NCBI GenBank assembly: GCA_002269645.1
Contig: NIVC01004430.1
Span: 1-46,308, forward strand
Length of the DNA stretch: 46,308 bases
Direction of reading: 5' to 3'
Source: Macrostomum lignano
Lineage: Eukaryota
Below, piece by piece: positions 25,101-36,675 of the stretch; within the stretch, counting starts at the first letter, position 1, and the number at the start of each line of letters is the position of its first letter. Below the pieces are notes generated by a model that did not search any database, was not told the DNA's origin, and saw only the letters and a program-made list of their open reading frames with translations. The position numbers and the translations under genes were made by a program.

Positions 25101-26924
25101 AAATACATTACAATGCTTCTGTTTAACTTACTACTGAACTGAAAGTTATGGCTTACACGCAAATGTGCTGAGTGGCCCATCTAGTCATTCTAGTATCTGT
25201 GCCGCTAACACAAGCAGACCTGCAATTTCGCTAACACAAGCAGACAACCGCGGCTAACACACTAGGAGTCGAAATCATGTCGTTCATTTCCGATACCGTT
25301 TGTCAGCTTCTTTATTGAATAATCAGTTTGTTATGATTCTCGTTTACATTAATAAATAGGCCTTCTCTACCTTTCAATTGGAAATGCCGAACCGGGTGAA
25401 TCTTTTATGCTGAAAATATTGTCGACTGCGTATTAAATCGTAGAGAATAAAGCAGAGCAGAACTACAAAGGGCAAAAAATTATGTCAAAAAAAAATGTAC
25501 AAAATTTTTATATATACCTTAGGGAAAACAAAGTCTCAATAGATCTTTCAGCCAAAACATTAAATTTATTTGTTTTAGAAAAAGATTCTAGGAATAAGCT
25601 CGTCATTGATGATGCCCAGTCAAAACATTATGTACCTTAGTAATGTACGAAAGCTGGTAAGGCGGGGTAGACATCTTGCACATAAAATATTAGTCAAGCA
25701 AGTAGGCCTAAAGTAATGAATATTTTAAATGTTCAATAAATGTAAACTGTGCCTGCAATTTAGCTTTAGATGTCACTATGGCCTATCAATATAAATAAAA
25801 CTAGACTTGAAATTAGGCTTCAATCATACTACACCGAGCAGCGAACTAGCCTATCGCACATTATTATTAGAGCATTGTCCTTGACCTTCTGTTGTGATTG
25901 ATTTGTAATTAAATTAGGTAGGCTGAATTGGCTACCGGCCTATTTGTCTGAATAGTCCAAACTGAATAGGCCTAGTTTAAAAATCTTAACAAGAAGCAGC
26001 AACAATCTGCAATGCAAGGAAGTTTGTAGGGCCTATTGTATAATTTGATGTATTCTATCCATATGATTCAGATATAGTGTGAGTGCAATTAAATTGGTTC
26101 CAATACTCCACTCCACTACGATTGGCAATACCATTTAGGTATTTGATTTATATATTTATTTGAAAGTATTGGACTTCAATAAGTTTTTATAATTTTTTTC
26201 AAATTTCTCAATTGGTAGGCCTAGCCCTAGTTGTTATTCAACTTATTGTTACAATGACCATAGAAATAACAAAATGGTTATTTTTACAGGTAATGTATAA
26301 GACACTACACTATCTGGGCCTATGGTCTTTACTTATTATAACTGTATAAATAGCAAAACTGTTAGCCTATCTTTACAGTCATTGTAAATAGGAAGCAAAA
26401 TGGCTATTTTTAATTTTATGGTCATTAGGTCATGTAGAAGAAATTTCAGTTAAATTATAATGTAATAGGCCTAGTTAACAATTACCTAAAGTAAGCTAGG
26501 CTACTATGGCAAGAACCATTGGAAGTTACCATCATATTTATTAATAACATGTTTCTTAATTTTTTAAACTTAGGGCCTAACTATCTTAATATTTGCATAG
26601 GCCTAGCAAGTTTGTCACTTCATTTAGATGGTAAGTGTTAACATAAAAAACCATCTTGCTATTTAGTATTTATATGGTCACCATAACAATAACAACTGCC
26701 TTCTTAATTAGTCCAATACTAGGGGCCTATACTATTGATACTGTTGCATTGAAATTTGAAAATGCAAACTATTGATTTTTTAAAGGAATGAAAATTTAAA
26801 ACAATTAAATTCAAACAATTCAAACAATTAAAACAATTTGAAGTAATTGTTTTCTTTTATAAAACAAGTTTTCATAAACCTAGGCCTATTTTTTTAAATA
26901 GTGTAGGCCATAGTCCAGAAGAAA

Positions 26925-27840
26925 GTATATATGGGTGCAGCTTTTTTGGCAAAAGACTCTTCAGCAAAAGTGAATTTTAAGTTTTAATAGATGTACATTT
27001 TGGCAAAAAAAAAGTAACCAGTTCGGCAAAAAGATGGGCTACGTATATATTGCAAATATACCACTTTGGTGATTGAAGCTTTTAATAAATTGTTCATTGC
27101 TACAAATTATTTGCAGTTAGAAAATTTAAAAACTCATGACTTAGCTTGTAGCTATGTTATGTGCATGCAATCTATCAATATGCAGTCAATAGATTAAGGA
27201 TGATGACGGTGTGGTTTTTCAGATTAAATCCTGGCAGGCTCCTAAAATCGTACTTTGAAATTCTGCCATAATGGAAGGGCATCTAATGAAACAACTAAAT
27301 TAAACTGCAACAAAAGGAAAACATGTCACGACATACATGCACAACCTCCAAAATTCGGTCGGCCATGCGACTTAGTTTTAACAAAAATGTGACATAGTTT
27401 TTGGCTAAAAATGCAACTTACATGTAAAAAAACCCTAAAGCAAAATTAATGCAACTTTGGGTAAATGGCAGGAGTAACTATAACTGTCTTATTAAGCCAA
27501 AATGCCTCGTCAGCTACTTAGTACTACTACTTCGGTTTTTGGGTGGGCATTTTTGTGACTTCCTTGGTTGGCCACCGAATCGGTTGGCCAGATCGGCCAA
27601 GTCGGCCGATTGTTGCGCATGTATGTGTCACAATAAAATAAAATTAGTATTTTTAAAGTTGGTTGTTTTTCTTTTTAACTTTCTTCTAAAACAAAAAACT
27701 CTTCAGCAAAGCTTAGAATAAATTTTTCGCCAAAATGGTGAGCTTTAGACAAAATGGTCATTGCAAAAGTTATTTTTTGCCGTTATTGACTTTCGCTAAA
27801 AATTCTTTCACCAAAGTAGGTTGAAACTGTATATACACTA
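26925..27840. mobile_element. Highly decayed TIR element with TTTGGCGAAA-type subterminal repeats
   Basis: 26945-26970 matches the reverse complement of 27790-27815 at 20/26; further TTTTGGCAAAA/TTTCGCCAAAA motifs lie inside. Confidence 0.5.
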
Positions 27841-28239
27841 GAAATTTTCTGGGTATAGGCCTACTCAAGAAATTTGGCATATATGTTGGGGTAATAATCC
27901 ATTTCAGTAATAAACACTTTGGTAACAAACCATGACCAGTTTTGTAATAGCCACTTTGGTAATAAGTATTTGCTATATGCATTGATTAATATATTCCAAA
28001 AATGTGCAAATGAACTTAAAGGAAATAAAGACAAAAAATAATTAAGATACATTCTTGCACATTTTGAAAGATTTTGCTTAATGCAAAAAACTATTTGTTT
28101 AAATGTTTTAACCAATTTTTTAATTACTAGGTATATTAGATGCATGTACCAAAAGCATATCTTATAATTGGCAAAATATTATATACATTATAATATTTAA
28201 GTTAAAATTACAGAATCTACTTTTTTCTTTGTTAATTAT

Positions 28240-28823
28240 TTACAGAGTGAGAAGATGGTATACCCATTGAGTGCAAGTCTTTGTGCACCCTAGTTGCTCA
28301 TGCATGATGTTAGGCTTAGGCCTATGAGCATTACTATAGCTGATACTAAGCTCATAGGCAAGGAATCTTAGTGTAATGCTCTATTCCTCACAAATTATTG
28401 CATTAGCACAGGCTATAGCATCTTTAGTCAAGGATGTCCAAGGTTGGCTAGACCTCGATTCATTGTTGAAGCTGTCCCGGCCTTCTAAGAAATGGTGTAG
28501 CCAGCAGACAACATGTCAATTGATAGAGCAGAGTTAGCTAAAATATTCACCAGATCAATATGAATCTTAGTTGCTTTGAAACCAAGTTGCATGCACATAA
28601 AGATATAGAAGCGAACACTGTCTTTTGATATTTCCATCAGCTACTAAAAAGACAAAGAATATATATGGCTGTAAAATTTTATTGGAGCACATTTGGAAGC
28701 CAAAAATGCATATAAATATAGCAAACAGATATAGCTACATATGTATAAGTTTTTGGCTTTTGCCAATTCTATAACTAAAAGCTATAACAAGAGGTTGTAG
28801 AACTATTATTTGATCACCCCTCC
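28240..28823 (-). pseudogene. Fossil mariner transposon: 5' TIR plus N-terminal (HTH) part of transposase, truncated at a WVPHLLT-like motif
   Basis: TA|GGAGGGGTGATCAAA TIR-like end at 28823. ATG at 28637: MEISKDSVRFYIFMCMQLGFKATKIHIDLVNIL... then frameshift VVCWLHHFLEGRDSFNNESRSSQPWTS...EE*SITLRFLAYELSISYSNAH...HEQLGCTKTCTQWVYHLLT. Confidence 0.85.
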
Positions 28824-30096
28824 TATTAAACTAATTATTGCTAAAGTTAACTACCATAAAGATATACTGCTGACAGTTGTAAATCTGCTTTGTTATAGAA
28901 GTGGAAATTACCAAAGTGGTCATTTTTGTTAACAAAGTGGCAGTTACCAAAGTGGATTGTATTTATATGTTGATATATGAAGAGTGATTTTGGGCATTTT
29001 GTTGTATATGTTTGATATGCACCAAAAGTTGAAAAAAATATATCTATAATCCTATGTTATATGTATTAGTAAAAGTCATAATAGTTGGCCATATATCATA
29101 ATTGTAAAATTTGATTAACTATTTAATATAAAACTGAAGTTTTGTTTTTTTAAATGTAACCATTTAAAATTTTAACAAAAATCAATTTTGTTTTTTTTCT
29201 TTATCTTTATTATTAGGCCCTACTGAAATGGCTATTACTAAAGTGGCTATTACTAAAGAAGACTATTACCTTTAGTCTAGAGCTAGCAAAATATTTGTAC
29301 TTACTGAATAGCAAAGTATGATTAAGTGGCACTAGTAACAATTAAGCCTATACAGTAATGAAGTTATATTAGCCTATTTAGATAAGGCCAAGGGTTTGGT
29401 TTAATTGAAACTAGGCCTAGGGATTATCTAATACTCATGTAAATAATATATATTCTCTATAATTCAATATGTCTAACTTCCAAATTTAACTTGGCTAATA
29501 TAACTTTGTTTTATCAAAAAGCAATTTATATTTTAGTGGTCATAGCAATAAATGACTTTTGGCAAAGGTCATAGCAATAGTTGCCCATTGCCCCTTTAGC
29601 TTTTTAAGGGTTATAATAAATTCTAATTACCATTGTTTTAGGTTGTTTAGGTAGATTGTTTTAGGCCCACATATTTTTGTTAGAATGGAAACCTGACTAG
29701 GACAAATTTATTGTCTTTGACTTGAATGTTTTTTATTGCTACAACTGGCTCTATGTTTTTTATATTTCTCTTTCTTAGTCTTCAGTTTTCTTTATTTTTC
29801 TAACTTTCTAACTAATTGTTCTAACTAAAAAGATATAATTTTCTAAAGTCTATATCTTTAGATTGGCATTTTCTGTCAATTATCTTGGTTAAGCCTCTTG
29901 CCTAACTCTAATTATTTTTTTCTATTTTCTTAATAAGCTATTTAGTTTAGAGTTAGCTTTTAATTTCGTCTTAAGACATCAAAGAAGAAAATAAAACTGA
30001 TGATTAAATTTCTGTGAGTCCAAGTTCATCATTAATTCTTGACTAAATAAATTTTCAAGTAATTTGGCATTGTTTAATGAGCTTTTTGCTGGCCAG

Positions 30097-30210
30097 CAAA
30101 GAATGACATCAATACACAGAGCCAGGGATCCTCCTGTGACAGCTGAGAGACGTGGCTCTGCTAGCTACATACCTCCACCCCCAAGCAAGAAAGATGTATT
30201 GCAGCAAAAG
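30097..30210 (+). CDS. Candidate upstream exon of the REPS1/2-like gene
   Basis: ccag acceptor and AAG|GTAGGT donor. QRMTSIHRARDPPVTAERRGSASYIPPPPSKKDVLQQK resembles REPS1 SYSGVIPPPP. Its phase-0 end matches the phase-0 acceptor at 31086. Confidence 0.5.
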
Positions 30211-30261
30211 GTAGGTTTGCATAGGTGTGATAAAATACTTGTTTTCAGGTTTTTGTCTACT

Positions 30262-30940
30262 GGGGAATTGAAGATATTATCTAATGAAGAATTGGGATAT
30301 TATCTACTGAGGAATTGGGATATTATCTACTGAGGAATTGGGATATTATCTACTGGGGAATTGAAGATATTATCTAATGAAGAATTGGGATATTATCTAC
30401 TGAGGAATTGGGGATATTATCTACTGAGGAATTGGGATATTATCTACTGAGGAATTGGGATATTATCTACTGAGGAATTGGGGATATTATCTACTGAGGA
30501 ATTGGGATATTATCTACTGAGGAATTGGGATATTATCTACTGAGGAATTGGGATATTATCTACTGAGGAATTGGGATATTATCTAATGAAGGAATTGGGA
30601 TATTATCTACTGAGGAATTGGGATATTATCTACTGAGGAATTGGGGATATTATCTACTGAGGAATTGGGGAGGAATATTATCTACTGAGGAATTGGGATA
30701 TTATCTACTGAGGAATTGGGATATTATCTACTGAGGAATTGGGATATTATCTACTGAGGAATTGGGATATTATCTACTGAGGAATTGGGGATATTATCTA
30801 CTGAGGAATTGGGGATATTATCTACTGAGGAATTGGGGGTATTATCTACTGAGGAATTGGGATATTATCTACTGAGGAATTGGGGGTATATTATCTACTG
30901 AGGAATTGGGATATTATCTACTGAGGAATTGGGATATGCT
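30262..30940. repeat. 23-bp minisatellite (in REPS-like intron)
   Basis: Tandem unit TGAGGAATTGGGATATTATCTAC. Confidence 0.97.
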
Positions 30941-31086
30941 ACTGAGAAGAAACTGTCATTCTGACTCATTTAGACTACAGATACATTAAATTTTTTTATC
31001 CTCTACTGCCTTCGTCCCGCTCAGTAGAAAAGCGCGCAAATTGTAACTATTATTTAACTCACATTTAAAAACGCCCCTCCCCTAAG

Positions 31087-32418
31087 GTCGCCGGCGCCGC
31101 CACGCCTGGAGACGCCAGGGCGGCCAGTCTGGACCGCTCGGCGCTACCGCCGCCGCAGCCGAAGCCAAAACCGAAGCCCAAACTGAAGCCGGGCTCCTCT
31201 AGCGCCGACGCCGACGAAGCACCTAGAGTTGTCGACGCTGCCGAGGCCGGCGGCGGAGTCCGGCGCCACTCGGACGAAGACGCCGATCCCGGGGCCGGCG
31301 GCGGCGGCACTGACCAGTCTGGGCGCGGCAGCGGCGGCGGCTGGGCCCACTTCTCGGACGTCGACTCGGACACTGGCCTCATCAGCGGCTCGGCCGCTGG
31401 CCGCGAGCCTTTGGCCGGCTCGACCGCTGCCGCAGCATCCACTGGCGGCCGCGGCGCCTCTCGCCGACGTCATCGTCGGGCCGCCTCGTCGTCCTCGGCA
31501 GAAGGCGGCGTCGGGGGATCCAAAAACGACGACGGCGACGATGTCGATGATGACGATTCGACGTCGGATTCGGACGACTCCGACAGCCAGGCTGGCGACG
31601 CGCCCGACGACCGGCACAAGTACGTTGAGGGCAACGGCGGCGGCGCTGGCGGCTTCGAGGATGAAGAGGACAGCTCGGATCCGCTGGCCATGACCCGCGA
31701 GCAGCGCGAGTACTACGCCAACCAATTCCTCACCCTGTGCCCCAGCCTCACCGGCCGCATCACCGGCCCAGTGGCCAAGCAGTTCTTTGAGAAGTCCCGC
31801 CTGCCCCCGCCCGAGCTGTCCCGCATCTGGGCCCTGTCCGATCGCGACATGGACGGCCAGCTCAACCTGGCCGAGTTCTCCACCGCGATGCACCTGGTCG
31901 TGCTGAGGCGCAACAATGTGCCGATACCCGACAGGCTGCCCCCTGTTGCTGCCGGCTACGAGCCGCTGTCCGACCAGGACGAGGCTTCGCCGCCTCCGAC
32001 GATGCCGCCGCCACCGCCAATTCACCAGCAGCAGCCGCCGCCGGAGCCGTCAGTCTTTGGCGGAATTCCTCCAACCGGTGTTGGCGTGCTTCATCCGACC
32101 CCTAGGAAACCGACAGCGCATCAGCAGCAGCATCTCCTGCAACAGCACGCCGACCCGTCCGCTCCGACTGTGCCGCCACGAGCTGCCAGCTATCAGCTGG
32201 CGTCCTCCGCTGCTGCCGCCGCCGCTGCTGCCGACGCCGCCGCTGTTGCCTCCGGCCAGCCGCCCAATCGGGAACGCCTGCTAGCGGCGGTGAAGGCTCA
32301 GAAAGAGAAGAATCACACCCTGGTTAGGCTCAACAATGAACTGGCTGTCGAGCTCAAGGAGGTCACCGAGCAAAGGATTGCCTTGGAATTGGAGTTGGAA
32401 CGGCTGAAACCGCTTTAA
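31087..32418 (+). CDS. REPS1: RalBP1-associated EH-domain protein (REPS1/REPS2-POB1-like), terminal exon
   Basis: cctaag acceptor; frame open from 31087. EH domain DPLAMTREQREYYANQF...AKQFFEKSRLP...IWALSDRDMDGQLNLAEFSTAMHLVV and C-terminal coiled coil KEKNHTLVRLNNELAVELKEVTEQRIALELELERLKPL, both matching REPS family motifs. Confidence 0.9.
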   Translation, partial: VAGAATPGDARAASLDRSALPPPQPKPKPKPKLKPGSSSADADEAPRVVDAAEAGGGVRRHSDEDADPGAGGGGTDQSGRGSGGGWAHFSDVDSDTGLISGSAAGREPLAGSTAAAASTGGRGASRRRHRRAASSSSAEGGVGGSKNDDGDDVDDDDSTSDSDDSDSQAGDAPDDRHKYVEGNGGGAGGFEDEEDSSDPLAMTREQREYYANQFLTLCPSLTGRITGPVAKQFFEKSRLPPPELSRIWALSDRDMDGQLNLAEFSTAMHLVVLRRNNVPIPDRLPPVAAGYEPLSDQDEASPPPTMPPPPPIHQQQPPPEPSVFGGIPPTGVGVLHPTPRKPTAHQQQHLLQQHADPSAPTVPPRAASYQLASSAAAAAAAADAAAVASGQPPNRERLLAAVKAQKEKNHTLVRLNNELAVELKEVTEQRIALELELERLKPL

Positions 32419-32599
32419 CAGTCCCCAGTCCTTAGTCTCCCGTCACTACTCACTGCCTCTGTTATTTTTTGCCTGACAACCAGAATATTAGTGCGGCATA
32501 ACCTAGATCCTAGATCAATTGATTCTTATTGTACAGTTTGTAGCTGCTCTCTGAAAATTATATTTTCTTTCTGGAATTCCTCCTAGTGTGATGGACAAA

Positions 32600-33327
32600 C
32601 TACGGTTGGAATTCTGCTCGATTTCTGCTTTGAATTCTGCTTGATTTCCGGTTGGAATTCTGCTTGATTTCCGGTTGGAATTCTGCTTGGGTTTCCGGTT
32701 GGAATTCTACTTGATTTTCGGTTGGAATTCAACTTGATTTCGGTTGGAAGTCTGCTTGGGTTTCCGGTTGGAATTCTACTTGATTTCCGGTTGAAATTAT
32801 GCTTTGATTTCCGGTTGGAATTCAACTTGATTTCCGGTTGAAATTATGCTTTGATTTCCGGTTGGAATTCAACTTGATTTCCGGTTGGAATTCAACTTGA
32901 TTTCCGGTTGGAATTCAACTTGATTTCCGGTTGGAATTCAACTTGATTTCCGGTTGGAATTCAACTTACTTGATTTCCGGTTGGAAGTCTGCTTGATTTC
33001 CGGTTGGAAGTCTGCTTGATTTCCGGTTGGAATTCTGCTTTAATTTCCGGTTGGAAGTCTGCTTTGATTTCCGGTTGGAAGTCTGCTTGATTTCCGGTTG
33101 GAAGTCTGCTTTGATTTCCGGTTGGAATTCTGCTTTGATTTCCGGTTGGAATTCTGCTTTAATTTCCGGTTGGAATTCTGCTTTGATTTCCGGTTGGAAT
33201 TCTGCTTTGATTTCCGGTTGGAATTCTGCTTGATTTCCGGTTGGAATTCTGCTTTGATTTCCGGTTGGAATTCTGCTTTGATTTCCGGTTGGAATTCTGC
33301 TTTGATTTCCGGTTGGAATTCTGCTTT
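32600..33327. repeat. 23/24-bp minisatellite with internal mini-palindrome
   Basis: Unit GATTTCCGGTTGGAATTC(TGCTTT/AACTT). Confidence 0.95.
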
Positions 33328-33977
33328 ATTGATTCATTGTCTTGCTGCTAATAATAGATTTTGAAAAATATTTGCATCTGTAGCGGTAAACTCTGACTGT
33401 ATCTGTCTGATTTATCTGGTCTAGTTAATCATAAAAGTACAAGCTGTCTTTTTAGATCCGAATGAAAATCGTGCTCTTGGTATTCACCGTGTGCACGTGG
33501 CCATATGGCCATGCTTTAGTCAGATTTTAATCCATCCCTTGTCTTCAAACTTGCAATGCCAGTCTGTAAATTATTATTTATATTATCTTGTTGAATAAAT
33601 GCGTTCACCTAATCAGCTAATTAATCTCACTTGAGTTGTTTTATTTATTGAGTTTTTTGAACTGATAAATATTTTGTCATCAATTGTACTGACTGTACCT
33701 CACACCTGATCTCACGTTGTTAATTTGAAGGCCTATTTTATTTTGATATCCGTTGATTGTTGCATTAATTACCCTGTCATCAAGTTATAAGTGTTATTGC
33801 TGCAACCAGCCACCTGTAGCTGTCTTGCAAACAATTCAGCGCATTGCCTTCAATATATAATTTGTCTTTTGTCTGCTTTTGCACCCCAGTGCGCAGTTCT
33901 CCATGACTAATTGTGGGCAGTGCGCTGGCACGTTAATTTGTAGAATCAATTTGGGGTCTCGTGAGTTTTATGCCATT

Positions 33978-34100
33978 CTAATAGTACTGTATAGGGAATT
34001 ATTAATAGTACTGTATAGGGAATTATTAATAGTACTGTATAGGGAATTATTAATAGTACTGTATAGGGAATTATTAATAGTACTGTATAGGGAATTATTA
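33978..34100. repeat. 24-bp tandem repeat (~5 copies)
   Basis: Unit AATTATTAATAGTACTGTATAGGG. Confidence 0.93.
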
Positions 34101-35149
34101 TGCCATTCTACTCGTAATAGTACTAAAAGTACTTTAGTATGGACAATTCCCGTTCCATACTCCAGTCCAAATTTTAGATTGTTAACTGATTTCTGACGGG
34201 CGGGCTAACAAACTAACCATTGATTTTTTGTGCAGTTGAAATTTATTTTGTTTTGCAATCTACTGAATCACACGTTCTCAGTAGTCACTATTGCACTCGA
34301 TTCAACTAATAATCAAATGCCCGACACTCAAATCTCCCAGCTACAGTCACCGTACTCTCTTCCTTCTCTGTGTGTTTCATAATAATATTTCCAAGTGTAA
34401 GATTTTGGACCAGGATAAATTCAGATTCTCGATTGTACGCGGCGGTAGCGGCTTTCGCACCTTATTTATTATCCTCATCAATGCAAGCACTCTCTCGTTA
34501 AGATTTAATTGAACTTATTACATGCTTATTATATTACAGTACTATAGTACAAATATATACATATAGAGCTCAGATAGAGACTATAATTATAACCCTTGGA
34601 ATGTTGCGCAGACCTGCGCGAAGTCTGTGCAAAGCTTACTTTAGGCGTTCACAAATAGCGTAACTGTTATTACTTTGACAAACTTTTATTTATTTTGATT
34701 CTTCGTAATAAGAAACACTATCTGCTCTACTTATGAGTAGCACCCATTGTATGGGATGCTTGACCTTCAAGGCTTTCTGTATCAGCGTGTTGTCGCCAAT
34801 GCTGCTTCTTAGTGAGTTACAATTTAACGCAAGTGGAACTCTACATCTAGCAGAAATTGTAAAATTTCTAGCTCTTTGCAAGGATATCTTCAACTTTAAA
34901 AGATTGACTAGCAATCTAGTGCCCCCTTCGTGGCGCGCAATATGCAAGGAGCAAAAATCATTCATGGAAAACAGTTAAAAAAGCACATTTTCTTAAGAAT
35001 TCTTCAGTTTTAAAATCACCTTATTCGAGTAAAATTGTCACGGTCAAAGTCAAAGATGTTTGTTGGCTATGAAGTTTTTTTTTAAAAATTAACAAAGACG
35101 ACAAAATGAAGCTTTCACAATGATAACAGACATTCCCCCTAAACAGAAA

Positions 35150-35942
35150 ACATCCCAAGACAGCAAGCATCCCCCAGCTGATAGCAAGCATGCCGCAGAT
35201 AACAAGTATCTCCCAGATAGCAAGCACCGCCCTCCAAGAGTAAGCAACCGCATATCATCCCCTGATAACAAGCACCCCCCCAGATAGCAAGCATCCCCTG
35301 ATAGCAAGCATTCCCAAGATAGCAAGCATTCCCCAGATAGCAAGCATCCCTGATAACAAGCACCCCCCCCCCCAGATAGCAAGCATTCCCCAGATAGCAA
35401 GCATCCCCCAGATAGCAAGCATCCCCTGATAGCAAGCATCCCCTGATAGCAAGCATTCCCAAGATAGCAAGCATTCCCCAGATAGCAAGCATCCCTGATA
35501 ACAAGCACCCCCCCCCCAGATAGCAAGCATTCCCCAGATAGCAAGCATCCCGCAGATAACAAGTATCTCCCAGATAGCAAGCACCGCCCTCCAAGAGTAA
35601 GCAACCGCATATCATCCCCTGATAACAAGCATCCCCCAGATAGCAAGCATCCCCCAGATAGCATCCCCCAGATAGCAAGCATCCCCTGATAACAAGCATC
35701 CCCCAGATAGCAAGCATCCCCCAGATAGCATCCCCCAGATAGCAAGCATCCCCTGATAACAAGCATCCCCAGACAGCAAGCATCCCCCAGACAGCAAGCA
35801 TCCCCCAGATAGCAAGCATCCCCTGATAGCAAGCATCCCCCCTGATAGCAAGCATCCCCCAGATAGCTAGCATCCCCCAGATAGCATCCCCCAGATAGCA
35901 AGCATCCCCCAGATAGCAAGCATCCCCCAGATAGCAAGCATC
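35150..35942. repeat. ~18-bp minisatellite, left part of the array split by the pPolB element
   Basis: Unit GATAGCAAGCATCCCCCA, with a ~357-bp higher-order duplication (cagataacaagtatctcc at ~35196 and ~35553). Confidence 0.93.
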
Positions 35943-36675
35943 ACTACGTAATGCGCAGATAGAGCAGGGTTTTCAGGCAGATTTGACGCAAAAAACGCAA
36001 ATTATACTACTATCTGAAAATGAAGTAAGTAGTATACAAAAACGCTATCCTAAGCGTGATGTGGCAATATGTAGTTGTAATAATCCATGTGCTCATATTA
36101 ATACCATGTACATTAATCCCTATCTATCTCAAATTGTACATTAATTCCATGTACATTAATCCCTATCCCAAATTGTCTATCCCCAATTCTATATGTACAT
36201 GTGCATTAATCTACAGTGTCATCCCCAGCGCGCGCGCACCAACATTACATGTACAATGCTACATGTACACAGAGGCGAGAATTACTAATCTCATCTACTA
36301 CCAAATGAGTCAACTAACCGTGTAGCGTACATCATGTATAAGTATTTACAATGAAGATATATTTACATTTAATCAGTAGCATATTACAGGAAATAATTTA
36401 TGTACAGCATTACCAGCAAATAGAATATACAGAAAATTTTACATTGTTTTTCATTAATTTTCTTTTCATAAATAATTTTAAACAAGTTTGACACGCAAAA
36501 TATGTACAATAGATTTTTACATTGGCAATTTCGCTGCATACAATACAAAAATGCTTTATGTACATTTGTATAGTAGTATGTAACTCTTCATTAATTTAAC
36601 ATGCAAAATATGTACAACAATAAATAGATTTTACTCAGTCAAATTTAACAAGATATTTATTAAGCAAGGGCCACA

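Noticed and set aside
31065-32284. Overlapping ORFs around the REPS exon
   Set aside because: GC-rich shadow frames; only one frame has the EH and coiled-coil motifs.
34690-34978. ORFs beside the left minisatellite as part of the Polinton
   Set aside because: They lie outside the TSD-defined boundary and show no recognisable motif.
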